Shown: piece after piece, positions 20,611 through 31,178 of the stretch
Layout of the letters: each line of letters opens with the position of its first letter
How positions within the stretch are numbered: the first letter of the stretch is position 1
NCBI GenBank assembly: GCA_963725865.1
Contig: CAVSAC010000017.1
Coordinates: forward strand, 35,217-99,216
DNA: 64,000 bases
Direction of reading: 5' to 3'
Source: Candidatus Eiseniibacteriota bacterium
Lineage (GTDB): Bacteria; Eisenbacteria; RBG-16-71-46
Position numbers and translations under genes: made by a program
The notes under the pieces: model-generated
Told to the model about the DNA's origin: nothing
The model's input: only the letters and a program-made list of their open reading frames with translations
The model's database searches: none

Positions 20611-21960
20611 TCACTCCCCGGGGTGCGCGGCCTTGAGGATGAGGGCCCGGGCAGGCTCGGCCGCGCTGCGCGCGGTGGAGTCGGCGGCCAGGCGCGTGCG
20701 CTCGTCGGCGAACGCGAAGCGCTCGAGCGGGCCGAGCTCGCCGGGCTTGAGCGCGGTCAGCATGCGGTCCCACTCCGAGCGCCGCGGTGCCGGGATGCGG
20801 ACGTACCAGTGGCAGTACTCGGCGAGCCCGGCGTCGCGCAGCAGCACGCGACCGAACAGCGCGCGCTGGCGCACGCTGTCGGGGGTGGCCCACACCGCGC
20901 GGCACACCAGCGGTGCGCCCAGGTCCCGGCCTGCGACCACGCCCTTCCACACCACGGTGTGGCTCGCCGCATCCCAGCCACCGTTGGTCTCGGTGGGCTC
21001 GACGCCGGTGTCGAGCCGCACCTCGAGGATGTCGTTGTCGGCCCCGTCCCCGCCGAAGAAGGTCCCGATACCCAGCTGGCGATGGAGCGCGCGCCAGCGC
21101 TCGTCATCGGCGAGCGGGGAGGTGCTCCCGTCGTCGAGCCCGGTCCCGACCCACCGCTCCATGCTGTCGCGATCGGCGCTCGAGCCGGTCACGGCATGGC
21201 CCTCGCGCTCCGCCGTCAGGTCGCCCTCGAGCAGGCGCAGCAGCGTCTCGTGCCGGCGCGCGAGCAGGTTGTCGCGGATCGGCGCCGGTGCCAGGAGTGC
21301 CTCCCGCAGGCGGGCGACGAAGGTCATGCCCAGGAGCTCGTACGCGACCGGATGCTCGACCTGATCGACCTCGAAGCGCGCCATCGCCCCGGTGTCGCGC
21401 GTCGCCTCGAGGCCCCACGCCAGGACCACCGCGTCGCGCAGCTCGCGCGCGAGGTCGCCCGCCAGGTAGGCGCGCAGCCGCGCGTGGTGCGGCTCGGGGC
21501 CGAGCCAGGCGGGCGCCCCGCGGCGCAGCCGCTCCGCGATCGAGTCGGCCGCGGCCAGCCGCAGGGCGAGGGTGGTGCCCGGGGTGGGGTCGCCGCGCAG
21601 CCGCTCGTGGTACGCGTAGGCATCACCGAGCGGCGAAGCGTCGCGGCTCCAGCGCCCGGAGTTGCCGATGTCGCACGGGATGACGTCGAAGTGGCGCCTC
21701 GCCGTGTAGGGACGCACGGTGTCCGGGTGGACGCCATAGGTGCGCACCAGTCGCACCTCCTCGAGGCTGTCGAGCGTCGGAGCGCCACGTCGCTGCAGCG
21801 AGTCGCTGGGATCGATGTTGTAGGCGGTGACGCGGCGCTCGAAGCCGCCGCCGGCGGGTCGCATCTCGATCACGAGATGGTGCTCGGTGCAGCCGGCCAC
21901 GCAGGCGGCGACCAGCGCGAGCAGCGCCGGCATCCAGCCCCGGCGAGCGACGTGACACAT
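20611..21960 (-). CDS. Hypothetical lipoprotein
   Basis: Intact ORF with the signal/lipobox ...LLALVAACVAGC. Confidence 0.7.
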   Translation of the reverse strand: MCHVARRGWMPALLALVAACVAGCTEHHLVIEMRPAGGGFERRVTAYNIDPSDSLQRRGAPTLDSLEEVRLVRTYGVHPDTVRPYTARRHFDVIPCDIGNSGRWSRDASPLGDAYAYHERLRGDPTPGTTLALRLAAADSIAERLRRGAPAWLGPEPHHARLRAYLAGDLARELRDAVVLAWGLEATRDTGAMARFEVDQVEHPVAYELLGMTFVARLREALLAPAPIRDNLLARRHETLLRLLEGDLTAEREGHAVTGSSADRDSMERWVGTGLDDGSTSPLADDERWRALHRQLGIGTFFGGDGADNDILEVRLDTGVEPTETNGGWDAASHTVVWKGVVAGRDLGAPLVCRAVWATPDSVRQRALFGRVLLRDAGLAEYCHWYVRIPAPRRSEWDRMLTALKPGELGPLERFAFADERTRLAADSTARSAAEPARALILKAAHPGE

Positions 21961-22197
21961 GCGACCCTCCACCGCGGAGTGGCGCCGGGAGCGGTGCCGC
22001 GCACCACGCCACTGGTCGTCGACGCGCACGACCGCCCGCGACGCACCCACGCCCGCGGCTTCGTCCCGGGCGTGCGCCCGTCCCAGGTCGGGCGCTGTCG
22101 GCCCGCCGCGGATGGAGTGGCGGAGCGGCGCACGGTGCAGCGACCCGACGCATCGAACGCCCCGGAGGGTAGGGCCGTGAACGGCCGCGCCGCAAGT

Positions 22198-22269
22198 GCC
22201 GTGACGAGCGCGGTGACGAGCGCTCCTTGAGCGGCAGGGCCGTGACGAGCGCGGTAACGAGCTCTCCCT
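22198..22269. repeat. Short intergenic direct repeats (GTGACGAGCGC-like unit x4, arranged as two pairs)
   Basis: GCCGTGACGAGCGCGGTGACGAGCGCTCC...GCCGTGACGAGCGCGGTAACGAGCTCTCC. Confidence 0.7.
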
Positions 22270-22320
22270 GGTGGGGCCGCTGCGTCCGCGCCGTCCGCGC
22301 GGCCGGCGACGACGCGCGGT

Positions 22321-23799
22321 TCAGCCCCGCGCGCCGCGCGCCGCGCTCGCCGGCTCCGCCGGGCCGACCCTCGCGAACGCGAGCGGCAGGCAGGCGAGCA
22401 CCACCGGGGTGAGGAGCGCGCCCCAGTAGTAGTCGAACCGGTTGGCGCTGATGGCGAGCAGGAACAGCGCCGGAGCCACCAGCGCGGCGGCGAGTCCCGC
22501 GCGCAGGCGGCCGTCGCGCAGCGCGAGCACGCCGCCGAGCGAGACCAGTGCGATCCACGGCGCGCTCCGGGGGCCGAACGGCATCAGCTCCATGCCGTGC
22601 GCGAGCGAGCGCACCAGGCGCGGCAGTCCGGTGCTGTGAAGCCAGGTCGCGAGCGCGAGCGGGTCGCCGCCGCCGGCGGCGGGCGCCATCGCCAGGTGGA
22701 GCGCGATCGGGACGCTCGCGCCGAGCGTGGCCACCAGCAGGCCGGCGAGCCGCGGCCGCCGTGGTGCCGCCCACAGTCCGGCGATCACCCACGCCGGCAC
22801 GTAGACGATGGCCAGCTCGCGCATCGCCACCGCGGCGACCAGCGCGAGTGCGCTCGCCATCCAGCGGCCACGCACGAGCAGGGCGAGGGCGATCACCATC
22901 ACGCCGCCCGCCCACACCTCGGCGAAGGTGAACCACGAGTGCGCACCCAGCACGAACCAGGCGAAGAACGTCGACAGCAGGATCGGGGCGAGCAGCGCGA
23001 TGCCGTCGCTGACGAAGGTCGCGGCCAGCCACCATCCCGCCACCGCCACCGCCAGGCCGAACACGATGAACCATCCCAGCAGCGCGGTGGCGCTCGCGCC
23101 CGGCAGCAGCCGCCACAGCAGGAACAGCCCGGGCTCGCGGAAGCTGAGCGGGGTGCGGATCGGTCCCGCGAAGCGCGCGTCCTCGCTCCAGGCGCGCTGG
23201 AACGCGGCGTAGTACGGCACACCCTGTCGCATGAGCGCGCGCGTGCGCAGGTAGAGCTCGCCGTCGAAGGCGTAACGCTCGGGCTCGATCGCCCGGGCGT
23301 ACGTCACCTGGCGCTCCTCGAGCAGTGGCGCGTACGGTCCGCCGAGCAGGCCGAGCGTCCACAGCTGGCAGGCGGCGAGCAGCGCCAGCGCCACGCCGAT
23401 CGCGAGCGTGCGGCCGGCGCGCCGGCGCAGCCACGCGGTGCCGATCGCAGTCGCGGCGGCGAGCGCCACGCCGGCGAGGAGCCACAGCGCGGCGCCGGGC
23501 TCGCGCACCGAGACGAGCAGCGCCACGCCGGCGAGCGCGCCGCCGAGCGCGGCGGGCAGCGCGATGCGCGGGCCAGCGTCGGTGGGGCGGGCGAGCAGGC
23601 CGGCGACCAGCCCGGCGAGCAGTCCGCGCGCGATCAGGCTGGCGACGAGCCCGGCGGAGAAGCGGGGCGTGCCGGGGAAGACGGCGAAGGCGATGGCGCA
23701 GGCGGCGAGGGGGACCACGAGGCGCGGGAGCGCGCCGTCCGCCGCCGGAGCCGGCGCGGTGGGATCGATGTCGCTGTCGACGGCCCGAGGCGCTGGCAT
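22321..23799 (-). CDS. Polytopic membrane protein, probable GT-C-fold glycosyltransferase-like
   Basis: About 12 or more hydrophobic segments. Periplasmic loop with FDGELY and REPG; later E and RE residues at TM ends. Confidence 0.6.
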   Translation of the reverse strand: MPAPRAVDSDIDPTAPAPAADGALPRLVVPLAACAIAFAVFPGTPRFSAGLVASLIARGLLAGLVAGLLARPTDAGPRIALPAALGGALAGVALLVSVREPGAALWLLAGVALAAATAIGTAWLRRRAGRTLAIGVALALLAACQLWTLGLLGGPYAPLLEERQVTYARAIEPERYAFDGELYLRTRALMRQGVPYYAAFQRAWSEDARFAGPIRTPLSFREPGLFLLWRLLPGASATALLGWFIVFGLAVAVAGWWLAATFVSDGIALLAPILLSTFFAWFVLGAHSWFTFAEVWAGGVMVIALALLVRGRWMASALALVAAVAMRELAIVYVPAWVIAGLWAAPRRPRLAGLLVATLGASVPIALHLAMAPAAGGGDPLALATWLHSTGLPRLVRSLAHGMELMPFGPRSAPWIALVSLGGVLALRDGRLRAGLAAALVAPALFLLAISANRFDYYWGALLTPVVLACLPLAFARVGPAEPASAARGARG

Positions 23800-23850
23800 C
23801 CGCTCATCCCTGGGTGGAGGGCGCCGCGCTCTCGCGGCGCCCTCCACAGC

Positions 23851-26800
23851 CTACCTCAGGCGCACGATCCGGCGCACCAGCCGCTGGTCGCCGACGCGCA
23901 CCACGGCCCAGAACGTGCCCACGCCGGCGTCGCCGCGATCGGCGTTGCGGCCGTCCCAGGTCAGGCGCTGCACGCCCGCCGCCAGGCGGCCGCGGGACGG
24001 CGTGCGACGCAGCGACCCGAGACGTCGAACACCTCAAGCGTGACGTCGGCGTCGTACGGCAGCGCCAGCGCCAGCTCGAGCGTGCCCTGGAACGGGTTGC
24101 GCAGCGGCTGCAGCGCCAGCTGGGCGGCTTCGCGTCGGGCGTGCCGGTGAGCGAGGTCGTCACGGTGCGGGTCGCCATCGTGACCGGGGCGGAGCGGCCG
24201 TGGCCGGTCCAGGCGTCGTAGATGGTCTGGCCGGCGGTGTTGGTGGCATTGGCGGCGAGCAGGAACTCGACGTAGTCCTTCGACGCGGTCTGGTAGTAGA
24301 GCGTCGCGGTCACCGACGTGGTGCCCTCGGGCACCGCGTAGGTCGAGGTGTCCCAGTTCTGCCAGTCGTCGTAGCGCGGCGACGGCCCCCGGATCCACCG
24401 GGCGGCCGCCGAAGCCGTCGAAGGCGGCGTTGGTGAAGCCGAGCGGCGGGATGCGGTTGTCCTTGTAGACCGAGTCGTTGAGCGTGAAGTGGAACGTCGG
24501 TCCCGCGCCCATGCCGAGCAGCGCGGCGGTCGCCGACGAGATGCCGAGGTGCATCTCGTACACGCGCGCCGCCGGTCCGGGCGTGAGCACGCCGCTGGTG
24601 GTGTCGTAGCCGCACGACTGGTAGAGCAGGTTGCCGCCGGCATCGCGCGCCTGGAGGTTGAGCCACATGCGGCGGCCTTCCGGGTAGCCGGTGGGCAGCT
24701 TGTGGCCGGTGCGATTGGTGATGCGCACCGTGGCGCGGAAGCTGTCGGCCTCGGCGGTCAGGCCCAGGTCGAGCGTGGCGGCCTTCTGCAGCGTGGACAC
24801 CGCGCGCGCCGCGCCGTCGGCGAGCGCGGCGGCGTCGGTCTCGTCGGATAGAGCGAGGGGATCACCCCGCCCATCAAGGCGTTGCCGCCGGTCAAGTCGT
24901 GCAGCGGCAGGTCGGGGCGCACCGGCGCCGAGGCGCTGTTGCAGCCCTGGCCGGTGACGTCGCGCATGTGGCAGTCCTGGCACTGCGACACCACGCCGGC
25001 CGGGCTGCCCGAGAACTCGGGCAGGTACAGGCCCTGCGGGAACGCGCTGTTCTTCCACTCGCTGAAGGTGCGCTCGAGCGGCATCAGGGTGCGCGAGTCG
25101 ATCGAGTCGGCCGGGGCGTCGAGCGGCCCGCGCACGTAGCGCGCGCCGGTGACGCGGTTGTAGACCGGGTTGGAGACGTCGTGGCAGGTGCCGCACATCT
25201 CGCTGCGGGTGTGGAACGACGAGGCCAGGAACTCGTGCGGCGAGGCCGCGTCGGCGAACGGCCCGCGCCGGCGCGGGTTGGAGTCGAGCACGTACTGCCC
25301 GTTGGCGTAGGTGGTGGGGACGTGCGCGGGCAGCATGCCGCTCAGCACCGCCTGGTCCTCGACCGGGTTCACCCCCGCGACGTAGCGGGGGTCCACCATC
25401 CGGTGGCAGAAGTCGCACGAGACGCCGTCGCGGCCGAGCGCGTCGATGCGCGCGCCGCTGGTGGGCTGGCTGTTGCCGGTGAGCCACGACAACGGCGCGT
25501 GGCAGCGGATGCACATGTCGCCGGAGGACGGCGCGTCCTGCTCGGCGATGGCGAGGCAGGCGTAGAAGAACGGGTCGTGCGCGGCCTGGCTCATCATCGT
25601 GCCGTGGAAGTTGCGGCCCGGCTCGACCGCGGGATCGTAGCCGCAGTGGCAGGTGTTGCAGGGCTCGAGCTCGAGAAGCCGCCGGCGCCGAAGGGCTGGG
25701 TGCCGGGCATCTGGAAGTCGCGCAGCGTGGTCGCCACCACGCCGCCGGGCGTGGCGGTGATGGTGAAGTCCGCGTGGCTGCTGTCGGCGCCGGCGTGGCC
25801 GTCGGCGTCGAACGCCAGCACCTTGACGCGCGCGTCGGCGGTGGGCGTGTTGTGCACGAACCAGTCGAACGTGCCGGAGTTGGCGATGCTCTGCGAGATC
25901 GCGATCCACGGCGAGGTCGCGTGGTCGCGGTAGAACACGTCCACGGAGGTGACGCCGATGTCGTCGGTCGCCGCCCAGGGGACGACGTGCTGCGAGCCGC
26001 CGACCCAGCTCTCGCCGCCGTCGGGGGACGTGACCACGACGACCGGGCTGGCGCTCACCGGCACCCAGGTGCCGCCGCCGAAGTCGTCGAGCTGCGACTG
26101 GAACGCGCCGTCGAGGGTGAGCCCGAGGTAGCCGCCGGTGGCGGCGTAGGCCCAGCCGGCGATCGACGCGGTGCCGGCCTTCACGCCGTTGCGGAACACG
26201 TCGACGGTGCCATCCGACAGCGCGCGCGCGCCGAACTGGTCGCCGGGCAGGAACTGCACCGAGATCAGGCCGCGATCGACCCAGCCGACCGCGGGATCGA
26301 ACGTGGCCACCGCGACGTGCGGGAAGGTGGCGTCGTAGCGCACCTCGATGTGCGCCGCGGTGTAGGTGGTGCCCTGCAGCTTGAGCATCAGGTCGTGCTC
26401 GAGCGCTCCCGCCGAGATGGCGCCGAAGCGTGATGAACGCCTCCTGGTTGGCGCCGAAGCTGGCGCCGGTCCACACCGGGGTGGCGTAGCAGCAGGTCTG
26501 CGTGAGCTCGTTCTGCGAGATCGTCAGCCCGGTCACGCCCACCCATGGCGCGGTGAGCGGTCCGTTCGCGCGGTTGAAGTTGTCGAGCACCGCGGTGGTG
26601 GGGAAGGAGCCGGTCGGGCCCACGGTGACGATCAGGCTCGAGGTCCTGGCCGCCGCGGTCGTCGTCCACGGTGAGCACCGCGGTGTACGCGCCGGTGGTG
26701 AGGTAGACGTGGGTCGGGTTCTGCAGCGTCGAGGTGCCGCCGTCGCCGAAGGTCCACGCGTACGTCAGCGAGTCGCCGTCGGGGTCGAAGCTGTCGGCTC

Positions 26801-28261
26801 CGGCGAACGTCACCGTGAGCGGCGCCGGGCCGCTGGTGGGCACCGCCGCGGCCTGCGCCACCGGCGCGGCGTTGCCGCCGGCCGGCCCGGTGTAGCGGAT
26901 GTGGCGGATCTCGCCGGTGGTGATCGAGACGTAGTAGAGGTCGCCGTTGACCGGGCTGCGCTGCAGGTCGACCGGCGCGTCCATCTGCTGCCGAAATCGT
27001 GGAAGTCGATCAGGTTGTCGTTGTCGTTGAAGGTGGCGACCCGGATCCAGCTGCCGCCGTAGTCGGCGAAGAAGTAGCGGCCGCGGTAGTCGCCGGGATA
27101 CAGGCTGTCGGTGTAGAACACGCCGCCGATCGAGGCGACGCCGAACACGCCCGGCGGCACGCTCAGCGCCGGCACCGAGTGGTGCCACACGCTCACCGGC
27201 TTGCGCCACTGCGACGGGTTCGTCGCGGTGCCGACGCTGCCGCACCCGTTGTGGGCGGGCGAGCCGGCCTGGTAGGCGGGCTGGGGGTTGAAGCCCTCGT
27301 AGCACGGCCAGCCGAAGTTCAGGCCCGGCTGGGTGGCGACGTTCAGCTCCTCCCACGTGCCCCAGCCCACGTCGCCGATGTAGAGCGTGCCGGGGTTGCC
27401 GAGCGCGGTGTCGGGGCTGCCGGTGCCGGGCCGCACCGTGAAGCGGAACGGATTGCGCAGGCCGTACTCGAACACCCGCGAGCGCGCCGAGGTCAGGTCG
27501 GAGTCGCGGAACGGGTTGCTCATGTAGCCGTGACCGTTGGCGGGATTGAGGCGCAGGATCTTGCCGCACAGGTTGGTGATGTCCTGCGCGCGGAACGCAC
27601 CGATGTCCTCGTTCGGATCGGTCTTGCCGGGGCCGAAGCCCGCGGGCTGCAGTCCGCCCGCGTCCATGGTGTTGAAGTCCGCGCCCTCGCCCGCCGAGAC
27701 CATCAGGCTGCCGTCGCGTCCCCAGCGCAGCGAGCCGATGCTGTGCGAGAGCCCGCCATCGAACTTGCCGTGGCGCCAGTCGACGCCCATCAGGATGGTG
27801 CGCGTGGCGGGATCCACGGTGTTCGTGTCGCCGGTGGCGCGCATGGTGTAGCGCGTGAGGCGGCCGAACGCATTGGCGTTGCCGTCGTTCCCGTTGGAGT
27901 CGGGATCGACGGTGTAGAGGAAGTAGACGAAGTGGTTCTGGAAGTACTTCGGATCCACCGTCACGCCGAGCAGCCCGCGGTCGCCGTTGCTGAGGATCTC
28001 GGTCGAGCCGTCCCACACCGGGCTCGCCAGCCGCACGCCGTTGCGCACCATGTAGGCGGTGCCGCCCTGCTCGCACACGATGAGGCGACCGTCGGGCAGG
28101 AACGCGAGCGCGGTGGGGAAGGTGAACGTCACGCCGCCCGAGGTGACCGCGTTCTCGACCACGAAGCCGTCAGGCACGCTCACCGCGCGGGCGGGAGTGG
28201 CGAAGCCGAGCGCGGCCCAGGTCACGGCGAGCAGAGCGGGAAGCAGACGACGACTGGACAC
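23851..28261 (-). CDS. Secreted multidomain protein (~1470 aa, frameshifted): PQQ-dependent glucose/sorbosone dehydrogenase-like propeller + PKD + beta-sandwich/Ig domains + pentahaem cytochrome c + FlgD/T9SS-like CTD
   Basis: Signal peptide. GSDH motifs (RGLLG, SHSIG, GKILR, YGLRNPFR, DVG..WEELN, NFGWP). PKD (YAWTFGDG). Five CxxCH motifs, HKLPTGYPEGRRMW, DNRIPP. CTD LRNPF...VTLEVFDVSGR...WDGR...RRIVRLR. No new RBS or signal peptide at the frame switches. Confidence 0.82.
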
Positions 28262-28520
28262 GGAGGGGCTCCTGGTCCTGGCGTGGGTGGGTGCGCCCCG
28301 ATCGTCGGATGCGACGGTCGGATGGGCGGGGGGCGTCGCCGATCGACCGGGGCCGAGTCTCTCCGAGTGCGCGTAAGCCTATCAGGCCGGCGCCTCGCGG
28401 GCACGGGGTTATGCAGCCAAGGGGTGGGCAACCTTACCCATCCTCGCCGGGTCGAAGCACCCAGGATGGGCGCCGCGGCCTCCCAGGTCCGGCGCTCGCG
28501 CTCCGGACTCGGGAGGTCAC

Positions 28521-29678
28521 ATGACGCTGCTGTCCACGTTGATCGTTGCCGCTGCCGCCGTGCTCTCCGTCGCGAGCGCTCCTGCGCCGACGCGCGGTGT
28601 CGCCGCGGCACCGATGTCCCGCCCCGCACCCGCCGCGCTCCCGGCCCCCGTGACGCCGCCCGCGTCGGCGGTGGCGCCGACTGTGGCCGTGTGCCGGCGC
28701 CCGCTGCGGCCGTGGCGCCCGCCCCGGTCGAGCCCCCACTCCGGCCTGGCGTCCGCTGCGGCCGCGCGCCCGACCAGCCGCTGCGCCCGGCTGCGGGCCG
28801 TCCGCCGGGCGCCCTCGCCGCCGTCGGCGCCGCCACTTCTGTCGCCGCTGCGGCTCAAGCTCTCGGCCGGCGACCTGCTGAGCGCGGAGTCCATCCTCGA
28901 GGTGTACGGGCAGAAGTACGGCGAGGACGGCCTCTACCTCGAGGGGCTGGGGTGGCTGGCGCGCGGCGCGCTGCTGCTCGGGGATCGCGACCGGGCGTGG
29001 CGCTACGCCGCCGAGACGCGGCGGCGCTGCGAGGCGCGCCTCGCGGCCGGCGCCGACCTGGCGCAGGACGATCACCTCCCGGGCGCCCTCGGCGCCGCGA
29101 TCGAGGTCGAGGCCCAGCTGCGCCTGCGCGAGCGCGGACGCGGCGACGCGCTGCGCTTCCTCGACGGCGAGCTGGCGCGCGCGCGCGCGCCGGTGGCGCT
29201 GCGCGCACGCATCGAGAAGCGACGGAACCTGATCGCGCTCGAGGGCGCGCCCGCGCCCGAGCTGGTGGTGGAGGACTTCGTGGGCGAGCGGCCGCAGTCG
29301 CTGGCCGCGCTGCGCGGCCGGCCGGTGCTGTTGTTCGTGTGGGCCGAGGGCTGCGGCGACTGCCGCGCCCAGGCCGCCTCGCTGGCGCGCGCGGCCGCGC
29401 GCTGGCGCGATCGCGGGCTCCAGGTGGTGACGCTGACGCGGCACTACGACGACGACCACGCCGCTGAGAAGGAGCGCATGCGCAAGGTGTGGGCCGAGGT
29501 CTACCACGACGTGGGCGACGTGCCGATGGTGATCAGCACCGCCTCGATGGAGCGCTACGGCGGCTCGAGCACGCCCACGTTCGTCTTCCTCGATCGCGCC
29601 GGCACGGTGCGGCGCTACACGCCGACGCGCCTCACCGAGGCGGAGCTGGACCGCACCCTCGCCACGCTGTGCCGCTGA
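28521..29678 (+). CDS. TlpA/redoxin-family thiol-disulfide oxidoreductase with signal peptide and helical N-domain
   Basis: GGAGG RBS; APAPEL...LRGRPVLLFVWAEGCGDC (CxxC)...STPTFVFLDRAGTVR (cis-Pro loop). Confidence 0.85.
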   Translation: MTLLSTLIVAAAAVLSVASAPAPTRGVAAAPMSRPAPAALPAPVTPPASAVAPTVAVCRRPLRPWRPPRSSPHSGLASAAAARPTSRCARLRAVRRAPSPPSAPPLLSPLRLKLSAGDLLSAESILEVYGQKYGEDGLYLEGLGWLARGALLLGDRDRAWRYAAETRRRCEARLAAGADLAQDDHLPGALGAAIEVEAQLRLRERGRGDALRFLDGELARARAPVALRARIEKRRNLIALEGAPAPELVVEDFVGERPQSLAALRGRPVLLFVWAEGCGDCRAQAASLARAAARWRDRGLQVVTLTRHYDDDHAAEKERMRKVWAEVYHDVGDVPMVISTASMERYGGSSTPTFVFLDRAGTVRRYTPTRLTEAELDRTLATLCR

Positions 29679-29690
29679 GCGGCGCCGCGC

Positions 29691-30344
29691 TCACTTGAAC
29701 AGCAGTTGCGCGCGCTGGTCGCTGCCCGATTCGAACGTGACCCAGAACAGCGAGCCCGTCACCGGCACGTGGCCCGCTCCGAGCCCGTCCCAGTGCGACA
29801 CCAGCTCGCCCGCCGGGGCCTCGCCGTCGGCGATGCGGCGCACGACGCCGCCGGCCATGTCGCGCACCATGACCTGGATGGTCTCCGAGTCCGGGACGAG
29901 GTAGTGGAACCAGGTGCCGTCGACGCCGAGCGGGTTGGGCGCCGGGAACAGGTCGCCCGCCGATGCCAGGAGCAGGGGGGTCGGGGTGTCCACGTCCCGG
30001 TCGGCGACGATGAGGTCGGTCGACTTCGCGCTGAGCGGGCCGAAGACCACCGAGCGCACGCGATAGCCGCCCGGGCGCAGGCCGGGGAAGCGGAACGCGC
30101 CGGCCTGCGTGGTGGTGCGCGCCAGCACGGTCTCGCCGTAGAGCAGCTCGACCGGCACCCCGCTGGCGTCGTCGACCGTGCGGGTGCCGAGGAAGCTGCC
30201 GTCGGCCGCGGTGAGGTAGCCCACCAGGCGGACGCGTCCCGAGATGGCGTGCAGGCCGGGGTAGGTCGGCAGGTCGCGGAAGCAGCCCGCGAGCGTCAGG
30301 GCGGCCAGCGATCCGATGAGGCCGAGGAGGCGTCGAGGTGCCAT
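29691..30344 (-). CDS. Lipoprotein with a carboxypeptidase-regulatory-like domain and a FlgD-Ig-like C-terminal domain
   Basis: Lipobox LAGC; GAFRFPGLRPGGY; PAPNP...VRDMAGGVVR...WDG. Confidence 0.78.
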   Translation of the reverse strand: MAPRRLLGLIGSLAALTLAGCFRDLPTYPGLHAISGRVRLVGYLTAADGSFLGTRTVDDASGVPVELLYGETVLARTTTQAGAFRFPGLRPGGYRVRSVVFGPLSAKSTDLIVADRDVDTPTPLLLASAGDLFPAPNPLGVDGTWFHYLVPDSETIQVMVRDMAGGVVRRIADGEAPAGELVSHWDGLGAGHVPVTGSLFWVTFESGSDQRAQLLFK

Positions 30345-30496
30345 CACCACTCCCGATGTGCGCCCGGTCAGGCTCCGACGACACGACCCTGGCACCGCGC
30401 GGCGACGAGGTCGAAGGGCACGACGCGCCGCGCCACGTCGCGGAGACGGCGGCGGGGCGGGCGGCGCGTGCGCGCCGCGCGCTACCCGCCCCGCGC

Positions 30497-30883
30497 TCAG
30501 TACCGGGTGTAGGACTTCTCCTCGAGCAGGTCCGAGCCGAGCGCGAGGTTGAGCTCGCGCTTGAGCGCCGCGCGCCGGTCGTTGGTGCGGTAGACCGAGC
30601 GCGCCAGCTCGATGAACTCCGCGTCGAAGTGCTGCTCGGCCTCCTTGAGGCGGATGCGGTCCTCGATGTCCCACAGCGCCTGGTTGACCTGCTTGAGCGC
30701 GGCGGTCAGCGCGGTGACGTCGCGCGCGGCGAGCGGCGAGTCGGCCCAGGTCGCACGCAGCAGCTCGAGCTCGCGGCGCACGTTCTCGAGCTTGGCCGGG
30801 TCGCTCATGCGCTCCGACTTGATCTCGAGGATGGTGAGCCGGTCGAGGAACTCGCCGGGTGCGGTCTGGACGTTCAGGAGCAT
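30497..30883 (-). CDS. DUF6165-like conserved hypothetical protein
   Basis: [14 protein letters not shown]...LWDIEDRIR...[16 protein letters not shown]...EEKSY. Confidence 0.8.
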   Translation of the reverse strand: MLLNVQTAPGEFLDRLTILEIKSERMSDPAKLENVRRELELLRATWADSPLAARDVTALTAALKQVNQALWDIEDRIRLKEAEQHFDAEFIELARSVYRTNDRRAALKRELNLALGSDLLEEKSYTRY

Positions 30884-31178
30884 GGATCGACTCTCGGCGC
30901 CGGGCTGCGCGCGCGTTGGGGTGGCGGTCGCGATCGGAGGCGCATCATACATGAGCCGCCGGGCGCCCTCGGCGCGGCCGGCCCGCGGTGGCACGGATGC
31001 GCGCCGGGCGGCTCGGGTCGACGACGGCGCCGCCCCGGCGGGGCCGGCCGGGCCCGGGTGCCATGCGACTTCGACGCGACTGCGACGCGCCGGTTGCGCT
31101 AGACTCCCCGCCCGAACCCACCCGATCCGCGCGGGCCCGAGCCGCGCGCCGAGCGACCTTCTCCTGCCAGGAACGACC

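Noticed and set aside
28399..28416. Sigma54-like GGCACGGGGTTATGCA upstream of the redoxin (similar case at 14925-14941)
   Set aside because: GG-to-GC spacing is 11 rather than 10. It fits only if a homopolymer error is assumed.
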